13,298 bases of DNA from Myxococcales bacterium (GTDB lineage: Bacteria; Myxococcota; Myxococcia; Myxococcales; Anaeromyxobacteraceae), in NCBI GenBank assembly GCA_038320275.1, contig JBBQEB010000109.1, forward strand, positions 1-13,298, in the 5' to 3' direction. Of this stretch, positions 1 to 7,539 are shown piece by piece; position 1 is the first letter of the stretch, and every line of letters begins with the position of its first letter. A model generated the notes under the pieces. It was not told where the DNA came from. It did no database searches and saw only the letters and a list, made by a program, of their open reading frames with translations. A program made the position numbers and the translations under genes.

Positions 1-320
<320 letters not shown>

Positions 321-324
<4 letters not shown>

Positions 325-2363
325 GGAGAAAGGGGGCTTGCCCCGCTGCCGGCACCCCCCGCGAGGTGATCGCCCAGCCACCTCAGCACCACCTCGTGGA
401 AGAGCTTGGCGTTCCGGGGCTTCAGGACCCAGTGCCCCTCGTCCGGAAACACGAGCAGTTGCGACTCCACTCCGAGGCGCTGCAGCGCAGTGAAGGTCGA
501 GAGCCCCTGCGCAACATTCACCCGGTAGTCGAGCTCGCCGTGCGTGACGAGGGTGGGCGTCTTCCACGCCCCGACGAAGCGGTGGGGCGACCATCGCTCG
601 TACTCCGAGCGGTCTTCCCACGGCCTGCCGAGCTCCCACTCCGGAAACCACAGCTCCTCGGTGTCGTAGTAGGAAGACTCCAGGTTGAAATCGCCCGCGT
701 GCGCCACCAGGCACCGGAAGCGCCGGGTGTGGCCATTGATCCAGTTCACCATGTACCCGCCGTAGCTGGCCCCAGCGGCGCACATCCGCCTACCGTCGGC
801 CGCCCCGCCGGCGACCGCCGCGTCGGTGAGCGCCATCACGTCGTCGTAGGGGGTGCCGCCCCAGTTCCGGCGGACTGCGTCTTGGTAGGCTTGCCCGAAG
901 CCCGACGAGCCGCGCGGGTTGGGGAGCACGACGGCGTAGCCCTGGGCCGCGTAGATCATGGGATTCCAGCGGTAGCTCCAGGCGTCGTTCCAGGCGCCCT
1001 GGGGCCCGCCGTGCACCAGCACCACCGCCGGAAGGCGCTCGCCGGGCGCGCGGCCCGGTGGCGTCACGATCCACCCGTGCACGGCAGCGCCGTCCTTTCC
1101 CTTCGCCTCGAGCGGCTGCACGGTGCCGAGCGCGACCCGGCCCAGCACCTCGTCCGCGAAGTGCGTGAGCACGCGCACCTTCCCCTCCTCCAGCACCACC
1201 ACCTCGGATGGGTGGGCCATGCCGTCCACCAGCCCCGCCGCGATGCGCCCGTCGCGCGAGGGCGAGAGCCCGTGCAGGTTGGCGCCGGTGAGGAGGCGCC
1301 GCAACTGTCCGCTGCTCACCTCGACGTCGTACAGGTTGGAGGTGCCGCCCTCGTTCGCGGTGAAGACGATGCGCCCTCCGGGCGCCCAGAACAGCTCGTG
1401 GACGGACGCATCGAGCGCGGCGGTGAGGTCGCGCGGCGCGCCGCCCGGCGCTGCGACCAGGAGCCGATCCTTGTCCGCCTCGTACCCGGCGCGCGCCTGC
1501 GAGCGCCAGGCGAGGAGCTTGCCGTCCTGGGATGGGCGCGGCGTCCCGTCCCAGCCCGCACCGCTGGTGATTCGCCTCGCGGGGCCTCCGGCGAGCGGCA
1601 CTCCGTAGATGTCGGCGTTGGTGGAGGTGGCCTCGACGGGGTCCGACACGGCCGCGAAGAGCACCTCCCGCCCGTCCGCGCTGGCGGTGAGGTCGCCCGC
1701 GCCGCCGCGATCGAAGGGCGGCACGTCCCGGTCGCCCGGCGTGAGGTCCACCGCAGTGCCGCCGGCGAGCGGCACGCGCAGGAGGTGCGAGCGCCGCCGC
1801 TCGCGCCAGGTGTTCCCGTGTCTGTACAGGAGCCGCTTCGCGAGGTGAGGCCGCGCCTTCGCCGCGGCCTCGCTCGCGGCGTTGCATGCGTCGTCGGCAC
1901 CGCAGGCGGGGTCGACGTCGCTCGTCACCACCAGCGAGCCGCCGTCCGGGGTCCACAAGAGGTCGTTCACCTCGGAGGCGAGCCGGGTGGCCTGGACCGC
2001 CTCGCCGCCATCGAGCGGGAGGATGAAGGCCTGCGAGGAGCCGCCGCGCGACGAGACGAAGGCGATGCGGCGTCCATCCGGAGACCAGCGGGGCCCGCCC
2101 ACCCGCTCGCCCTCGGCGAAGGTGAGCCGCCGGGGAGCCCCCCCGGCGACCGCCACCAGCCAGAGGGACGACGTGAAGCGCGCGCCGTCCGGCGCCGCGC
2201 GGGCGACGGTGAAGGCGATCAGCTTGCCGTCCGGTGAGAGCGCCGGGGAGGCCACCCGCGGGATGGCGAGGAGGTCGTCCACCGCGAACGCCGCCCTGGC
2301 GGCGGGTGGAGCGGGCGGCGCGGCGAGGGCGGCGGCGAGCGCAAGGGCGAGGGCGGGAGCCAT
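321..2363 (-). CDS. Secreted S9-family (prolyl oligopeptidase / dipeptidyl-peptidase / acylaminoacyl-peptidase-like) serine peptidase
   Basis: 680 aa. Ala/Leu signal-like N-terminus and beta-propeller repeats (SPDG, WSPDG, WTPDG). Catalytic domain has HGGP, nucleophile motif GASYGG, Asp in GELDYRV and His in DEGHW. GGAAGGA lies upstream of the ATG. Confidence 0.93.
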
Positions 2364-2390
2364 GCCGGTGTCCTTCCGAGAACAGAGCCG

Positions 2391-2426
2391 AAAAGCGAAG
2401 GGGCCGGCCCAAGCCAGCCCCCTCGC
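2391..2426 (-). terminator. Intrinsic terminator after rplI
   Basis: Minus strand GCGAGGGGGCUGGC-UUGG-GCCGGCCCCUUCGC-UUUU: a 14-bp stem (two G-U pairs), 4-nt loop and short U tract, 22 nt after the rplI stop. Confidence 0.8.
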
Positions 2427-2448
2427 ACCTGAGAAGCAGGAGCGACCC

Positions 2449-2898
2449 TTACGCCGCCTCGGCCTCGATCTTCACCTTCACCTTGCCCACCACCTCCCGG
2501 TGCAGCCTCACCGGGACCTCGTGAGTGCCGATCGACTTCAGCGGCTCGGCGAGGTCGATGGAACGCCGATCGAGCTGCAGGCCGCGGGCGCCGAGGGCCT
2601 CGACGATGTCGAGGGCCGTCACGGAACCATACAGCTTGTCCTGCTCGCCGACCTTCCTCTTGAGCGTGACAGGCGTGTCGGCGAGGCGCTTCGCCACCGC
2701 TTCCGCGCTCGCCTTCAGCTTTGCCGCCTTGGCCTCGGCGGACTTCCGCTGGTGATCGAGCTCGCGGACGTTCTTGGGGTTGGCCGTGACGGCGAGGCCG
2801 CGCGGCAGGAGATAGTTGCGGCCGTAACCGGGCTTCACCTCGACGAGCTCGCCGCCCTTGCCCAGGTTGTCCACGTCTTCGCGCAGGATGAGCTTCAT
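2449..2898 (-). CDS. rplI: 50S ribosomal protein L9
   Basis: 149 aa, [32 protein letters not shown]...[13 protein letters not shown] Shine-Dalgarno; follows rpsR. Confidence 0.98.
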   Translation of the reverse strand: MKLILREDVDNLGKGGELVEVKPGYGRNYLLPRGLAVTANPKNVRELDHQRKSAEAKAAKLKASAEAVAKRLADTPVTLKRKVGEQDKLYGSVTALDIVEALGARGLQLDRRSIDLAEPLKSIGTHEVPVRLHREVVGKVKVKIEAEAA

Positions 2899-2910
2899 GA
2901 GAGGGCTCCT

Positions 2911-3384
2911 TTACGCCGCGGCGACCGTGTAGGGCAGGATCGCCAGCATGCGGGCCCGCTTGATGGCGGTCGCGACCTGGCGCTGGTGCAGCGCGCAGTT
3001 GCCGCTGATGCGCCGGGGGATGATCTTGCCGCGCTCGGTGAGGAAGTACTTGAGCTGACCTTGGTCCTTGTACTCGACCTTGAGCGCCTTGTCGGCGCAG
3101 AAGCGGCACACCTTGCGCCGGCCGAAGCCGCCGCCGCGCCCGCCGCGCCCGCCCTCGTCGCCGCCGCGGTCGCCGCGCTCTCCGCGGTCGCCACCGCTGC
3201 CGCCGCGCCCGCCGTACCCACCGCCGCCACCACCCCCGTAGCCGCCGCCGCCGCCCCCGCCACCGTAGCCACCACCGCCGCCACCACCACCGTAACCACC
3301 GCCACCGCCACCGTAACCGCCCCCACCGCCGCCACCGCCACCGTAGCCACCGGTCTTGGGACCACCCGAATCAGGACGTGCCAT
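2911..3384 (-). CDS. rpsR: 30S ribosomal protein S18 (zinc-ribbon type) with ~88-aa Gly-rich N-terminal extension
   Basis: C-terminal 69 aa RRKVCRFC...YKD...[39 protein letters not shown] is S18. The ATG is 2 nt after the rpsF stop, with GAGGA upstream. Confidence 0.96.
   Translation of the reverse strand: MARPDSGGPKTGGYGGGGGGGGGYGGGGGGYGGGGGGGGYGGGGGGGGYGGGGGGGYGGRGGSGGDRGERGDRGGDEGGRGGRGGGFGRRKVCRFCADKALKVEYKDQGQLKYFLTERGKIIPRRISGNCALHQRQVATAIKRARMLAILPYTVAAA
3208..3351 (-). repeat. Low-complexity coding repeat: six Tyr separated by Gly6-9 runs
   Basis: GGY-G9-Y-G6-Y-G8-Y-G8-Y-G7-Y-GG within rpsR, encoded by mixed GGC/GGT/GGG codons. Confidence 0.9.
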
Positions 3385-3386
3385 GG

Positions 3387-3851
3387 CTATTCCTCCCCCC
3401 GCTCTTCCGCGGGCTCACCGCCGAAAGGCTCCTCGGGACGCTCGCCGAACTCACCTCCACGCTCCTCGCGCGGCCGCGCCTCCTCCTCCACCGGCGCGAT
3501 CTTCACGTCCGCTTCCACCTGGCGCGCCTCGAAGTCGACGTTGTCGGCGAGCCGCACCGACTGATACTTCTGCACCACGTCGAGCATCTTGAGGTTGCGC
3601 TCCAGCTCGGCCACCAGCCCCGGGTTCCCGATGTACAGGCAGTGAATGAACACGGCCTTCGGGTTCTTGGAGATGGGGAAGGCGGTCTTCCGCTTCCCCT
3701 GGTTGGTGAACTTGATGACCTTGCCGCCCTCGCGCGTCACCACGCCGCGGAGCCGCTCCTTGATCTCGTCCACCTGCTCGTCGGGCGTGTCCGCCTTCAG
3801 GAGGTAGATCGTCTCGTACTCGCGCACGAGCCGCTTCTGCACTTCGGCCAT
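3387..3851 (-). CDS. rpsF: 30S ribosomal protein S6 with acidic C-terminal extension
   Basis: REYETIYLL...[11 protein letters not shown]...ELERNLK is S6. Start placed at ATG 3851 (GGGGAG Shine-Dalgarno 5 nt upstream) rather than the ORF-track start at 3902; 154 aa. Confidence 0.95.
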   Translation of the reverse strand: MAEVQKRLVREYETIYLLKADTPDEQVDEIKERLRGVVTREGGKVIKFTNQGKRKTAFPISKNPKAVFIHCLYIGNPGLVAELERNLKMLDVVQKYQSVRLADNVDFEARQVEADVKIAPVEEEARPREERGGEFGERPEEPFGGEPAEERGEE

Positions 3852-3854
3852 GTG

Positions 3855-3902
3855 AACTCCCCTCGGGTCTCGAAGCGGCGGTTCGCCCGCCGCGAGGAGC
3901 AA
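3855..3902 (-). promoter_or_regulatory. S6:S18 ribosomal-protein leader (cis-regulatory RNA)
   Basis: Minus strand UUGCUCCUCG-CGGCGGGCGAACCG-CCGCUUCGAGACC-CGAGGGGAG. An anti-SD CUCCUC pairs with the SD-containing strand, with an inner hairpin followed by a CCG-containing segment. It lies immediately 5' of rpsF, as described for the S6:S18-binding motif. Confidence 0.8.
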
Positions 3903-3969
3903 CGATTCTGTTTCCGCCCTCCGGCCGGATGCCGTTGGTGCGGTGCCATCTTTGCCACGTTCCCGGCGA

Positions 3970-4533
3970 TCAGCGCCGGTTGAATGCGTTCATCGCCATC
4001 ACCGCCCCCGCCTCGGCGGCGGTGCGCGCGGCTCCGGCTGCCCAGTCCACGCACGCTGCGAGGACTGCCTCTTCGCCTCTGGAAAACCGGCCCAGCACGT
4101 AATCGGCCGGATCCATCCGCGGCGGCGGCCGACCCACCCCCACCCGGATGCGCACGTACTCCGGGCTTCCCACGTGCGCGTTCAAGCTCTTGAGCCCGTT
4201 GTGACCGCCGTGCCCGCCGCCCACCTTCACCTGGACCCGGAACGGCTCCAGCTCGAGGTCGTCGTGCACGACGACGAGGTCGGCCGGCTCGAGCTTGTGG
4301 AAGCGCATCGCTGAGCCCACCGCCTCGCCCGAGGCGTTCATGTAGGTCTGCGGCTTCACGATCCAGATCCGCTCGCCGCCGAGCGCCGCCTCGGCGATCT
4401 CCGCCCCGAACTTGCGGGTGGAGAAGGAGGCGTTGCAGGCGCGCGCCAGGGCGTCGGCCACCAGGAAGCCGACATTGTGGCGCGTGCGCGCATGGTCTTC
4501 GCCTGGATTGCCAAGGCCGACGACGAGTTTCAA
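3970..4533 (-). CDS. pth: Peptidyl-tRNA hydrolase
   Basis: TTG start. Motifs [34 protein letters not shown] and RIRVGVGRP. Confidence 0.97.
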   Translation of the reverse strand: MKLVVGLGNPGEDHARTRHNVGFLVADALARACNASFSTRKFGAEIAEAALGGERIWIVKPQTYMNASGEAVGSAMRFHKLEPADLVVVHDDLELEPFRVQVKVGGGHGGHNGLKSLNAHVGSPEYVRIRVGVGRPPPRMDPADYVLGRFSRGEEAVLAACVDWAAGAARTAAEAGAVMAMNAFNRR

Positions 4534-4542
4534 GCGGCGCGC

Positions 4543-5271
4543 CTACTTCTTGCCGCCCTTGGCGTCTCCCTTGCCGGCGGGGGCCGCTGCGGCGCCCTTG
4601 GCGCCCGCTGCGGGAGCCGCACCGCCCGCCGGAGCTGCCCCGGCGGCGGCGGCACCCTCGGCCGGAGCGCCCGGAGCGACGGCAGCCACGACCGGGACGA
4701 CCACCTCTTCCTTCTCCGGCGCGGTCACCACGGCGACGGTGAAGTTCGTCGCGAACTTGATCTTCACGCCCTCGGGAGCCTTTACGTCGGCGATGTGCAG
4801 CGAGCCGCCGATCTTGAGGGGCGTGACGTCCACGTCGATCTGAACGGGGATCTTCTCGGGCAGCGCCTCGACCGTGATCTCGTGCGCGGAGACGGTGAGG
4901 ATGCCTCCCGCCACCACCCCCTCGGCCTTGCCGGTGGTGACGATGGGGACGTCCACTTTCACCGGCTTGTCGAGATCGACCTCGAGGAAGTCGGCGTGCA
5001 GCAGGCGCCGCGTGACCGGGTCGACCTCGTACTCCTTGAAGAGCACGCGCTTCTCGCCGCCGTCGAGCCGGAGGGTGAGCAGGGTGTTGAACCGGTGGGG
5101 CGTCGCGATGGCCTTCTGGATGGAGGCCGGGTCGAGCGCGATGTGGGACGGCTCGCGGCCAGGCCCGTAGACCACGGCCGGGATGAGCCCCTCCGCGCGC
5201 AGGCGGCGCGCCGGGCCCTTGCCCTTTCCAGAGCGGGGCTTGGCGTCGAGGACGTTGGTGGACTGCGGCAT
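4543..5271 (-). CDS. rplY: 50S ribosomal protein L25 / general stress protein Ctc (long form)
   Basis: GKGPARRLRAEGLIPAVVYG and LHADF motifs, CTC C-terminal domain, Ala-rich tail ending KGGKK. Canonical prs-rplY-pth order. Confidence 0.96.
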   Translation of the reverse strand: MPQSTNVLDAKPRSGKGKGPARRLRAEGLIPAVVYGPGREPSHIALDPASIQKAIATPHRFNTLLTLRLDGGEKRVLFKEYEVDPVTRRLLHADFLEVDLDKPVKVDVPIVTTGKAEGVVAGGILTVSAHEITVEALPEKIPVQIDVDVTPLKIGGSLHIADVKAPEGVKIKFATNFTVAVVTAPEKEEVVVPVVAAVAPGAPAEGAAAAGAAPAGGAAPAAGAKGAAAAPAGKGDAKGGKK

Positions 5272-5360
5272 GTGTGCTCTCCCAATGGACTCGGCCGGTG
5301 ACGCGGGCGAGGGGACGGACGCCGAGAGCGCCCTGCCCTGGGGACTGCGAAGGAGGGCGG

Positions 5361-5389
5361 CTTGTAGCCGAACAGGGGCGAAGAGTCAA
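5361..5389 (-). promoter_or_regulatory. Sigma70-type promoter for rplY-pth-rpsF-rpsR-rplI
   Basis: Minus strand TTGACT-N17-TACAAG, about 90 nt upstream of the rplY ATG. Confidence 0.65.
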
Positions 5390-5531
5390 CGCTTCGCGGA
5401 GGTGGGGGCCCCACAAAATGGGGGAGGGGCTGAGCCCCTCGAGCAGGGACGGCGCGCGGAGCGCGCATGGGCTCCTGCGAGCAGGAGGAGGTCCCGACGA
5501 GCACCGCTTGGCGGGGGAGGGGGCAGCCCTC

Positions 5532-6491
5532 TCAGACGAAAAGACTGGAGAGAGAATCCGCGTTGAAGATGCGCTTCACCGCCTCCGCGAAGAGGCGGGC
5601 CGTGGAGATCTGCGTGATCTTGGGGAGCGCCCTCGCCGCCGCTGAGAGGGGGATGGTGTCGGTGACCACCACCTCCTCGATGGGACTCTTCTGGAGGCGC
5701 TCCACCGCCGGGCCGGAAAGGACCGCGTGGGTGGCGTACGCGAAGACGCGCGAAGCGCCCTTGTCCACGAGCGCGTTGGCGGCCTGGGTGAGGGTCCCGG
5801 CGGTGTCGATCATGTCGTCGAGCAGGATGGCGATCTTGCCGGAGACGTCGCCGATCACGTTCAGCACCTCGGCCACGTTGGGCTTGAGGCGCCGCTTGTC
5901 GACGATGCCGAGCCCCGCCCCGAGCCGCTTGGAGTAGGCGCGCGCCCTCTCCACGCCGCCCGCGTCGGGCGACACCACCACCACGTTCTCGCCCATGCCG
6001 TCGAACTTCCTCCGCATGTTGTCGAGGAGCAGGGGCGACGCGTACAGGTGGTCGAAGGGGACGTTGAAGAAGCCCTGGATCTGCCCCGCGTGCATGTCCA
6101 TCGAGACGACGCGGGTGGCGCCCGCCGCCTCGATGAGATCGGCCACCAGTTTCGCCGTGATGGGCGTCCGCGGGGCGACCTTGCGGTCCTGCCGGGCGTA
6201 CCCATAGTACGGCAGCACCGCCACGATGGAACCGGCCGACGCGCGCTTCAGCGCGTCGATCATGATGAGCAGCTCCATGAGGTTCACGTTGGCGTCGCTG
6301 CAGGTGGACTGGATGATGAAGGTGTCCGCCCCGCGCACGTTCTCCGCGATCTCCACCTGGATCTCACCGTCGGAGAAGCGCGTCACCGACGCCTTCGAGA
6401 GCGGGCGCTCGAGCTGGGCGCAGACCGCCATCACCAGCTCAGGGTTGGAGTTCCCGGTGAAGACCTTGTAGTCGTGGCCGTTGCAGCTCAT
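5532..6491 (-). CDS. prs: Ribose-phosphate pyrophosphokinase (PRPP synthetase)
   Basis: Motifs FSDGE, PYYGYARQDRK, DMHAGQIQGFF, VSPDAGGVERA and DDMIDTAGT. Start placed at ATG 6491 with a GGAGGAG Shine-Dalgarno; 319 aa. Confidence 0.98.
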   Translation of the reverse strand: MSCNGHDYKVFTGNSNPELVMAVCAQLERPLSKASVTRFSDGEIQVEIAENVRGADTFIIQSTCSDANVNLMELLIMIDALKRASAGSIVAVLPYYGYARQDRKVAPRTPITAKLVADLIEAAGATRVVSMDMHAGQIQGFFNVPFDHLYASPLLLDNMRRKFDGMGENVVVVSPDAGGVERARAYSKRLGAGLGIVDKRRLKPNVAEVLNVIGDVSGKIAILLDDMIDTAGTLTQAANALVDKGASRVFAYATHAVLSGPAVERLQKSPIEEVVVTDTIPLSAAARALPKITQISTARLFAEAVKRIFNADSLSSLFV

Positions 6492-6516
6492 GGACCGCTC
6501 CTCCCAGGGAAGGGGC

Positions 6517-6545
6517 CTTATACAGTCGAGGTCCGACCGCGTCGA
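6517..6545 (-). promoter_or_regulatory. Sigma70-type promoter for prs
   Basis: Minus strand TCGACG-N17-TATAAG; the -10 box ends 25 nt upstream of the prs ATG. Confidence 0.5.
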
Positions 6546-6634
6546 TGGACTGATCGGAGGAGGGGCGCGCCCTCCCTCTGGCCAGCAAAGCTCGTCAGGG
6601 TACCCGGTAAGAAGCGGACCTCGGGGATGTCCAT
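6518..6634 (-). pseudogene. Probable spoVG 5' remnant (38-codon ORF)
   Basis: Hand translation gives MDIPEVRFLPGTLTSFAGQREGAPLLRSVHRRGRTSTV*. The first 10 residues resemble the SpoVG N-terminus (M-x-I-T-E/D-V-R-V/I-x-P), and the ORF overlaps the ispE 3' end just upstream of prs. The rest is unrecognisable. Confidence 0.5.
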
Positions 6635-7539
6635 GGGATGACCCCCGGATGCCGCTGCACGGTGCGTACGGCGTGGGCCACGATCCCGTCACCCTGCGCC
6701 CGCCGCGCCGCCCGTCGGGCCGTCGCTCCATCCCGGAAGATCCCGAACACCGTGGGCCCGCTCCCCGACATCATCGCAGCGAGAGCCCCGAGCCCCAGCA
6801 GCCGGTGGCGCAGGGCGTCGAGCTCGGGGTGCCGCTCCGCGCAGGGAGCTTCCAGATCGTTCCAAAGGAGCGCTCGGTGGAACGCCTGCTCCTCCGACAC
6901 ATCGAGGAGCTCTCCCCCGCGCGCCGGAGCCGGCGGGGCAGGCCGCCCCACACGCCAGGCGTCGAGCCAGGCATAGGCGTCCCCCGCGCGGATCGCGAGC
7001 GCGGGGTCGGTGGGGTAGAGGAGCGCGAGGTGCAACGGCTCCACCCGCGCTGGCGTGAGCGCCTCGCCGCGCCCCCGCGCCCAGGCTGCGCCGGCGCCGA
7101 GGAAGAACGGCACGTCCGACCCCACCGCGAGGGCGAGCTCCGCGAGGGCTCGCCGATCGCGCAGGCGGTAGGCGCGGGAGAGCGCTCGCAGCACCGCCGC
7201 GGCATCCGAGCTCCCTCCCCCCAGCCCCGCCGTCACCGGAACGCGCTTCATCACCTCGAGCTCGATGCCGTCCTCGATGCCGAAGCGGCGCCGGAAGGCC
7301 TCCGCCGCGCGCGCGGCGAGGTTCGCAGGTCCATCCAGCTCGGGCCGCCCCGGCGCCCTGCACCTGACCTCTCCTGGCCTGCCCGGCCTCACCGTGACCC
7401 GCACCTCGTCGGCGAGCGAGAGCAGCACCATCAGCGTCTCGAGCTCGTGGTAGCCGTCGGGCCGGAGCGGTCCCACCCGCAGCACGAGGTTCACCTTGGC
7501 GGGCGCGCGGGCGCGCAGGCGGATCAGGCGGGCGCTCAT
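6595..7539 (-). CDS. ispE: 4-diphosphocytidyl-2-C-methyl-D-erythritol kinase
   Basis: C-terminal 314 aa of the 1030-aa track ORF: APAKVNL, DGYHEL, PVTAGLGGGSSDAA, GSDVPFF, NDLE and MSGSGPTVF. ATG 7539 overlaps the upstream stop (ATGA). Confidence 0.96.
   Translation of the reverse strand: MSARLIRLRARAPAKVNLVLRVGPLRPDGYHELETLMVLLSLADEVRVTVRPGRPGEVRCRAPGRPELDGPANLAARAAEAFRRRFGIEDGIELEVMKRVPVTAGLGGGSSDAAAVLRALSRAYRLRDRRALAELALAVGSDVPFFLGAGAAWARGRGEALTPARVEPLHLALLYPTDPALAIRAGDAYAWLDAWRVGRPAPPAPARGGELLDVSEEQAFHRALLWNDLEAPCAERHPELDALRHRLLGLGALAAMMSGSGPTVFGIFRDGATARRAARRAQGDGIVAHAVRTVQRHPGVIPWTSPRSASYRVP

Noticed and set aside
326..346. Terminator-like hairpin GGGG-CAAG-CCCC followed by a pyrimidine run (minus strand)
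   Set aside because: The stem is only about 4 bp, the U tract is broken, and it lies inside the S9 coding tail.
3208..3351. CRISPR array or non-coding tandem repeat
   Set aside because: There is no repeat-spacer structure; it is in-frame poly-Gly/Tyr coding sequence of rpsR.
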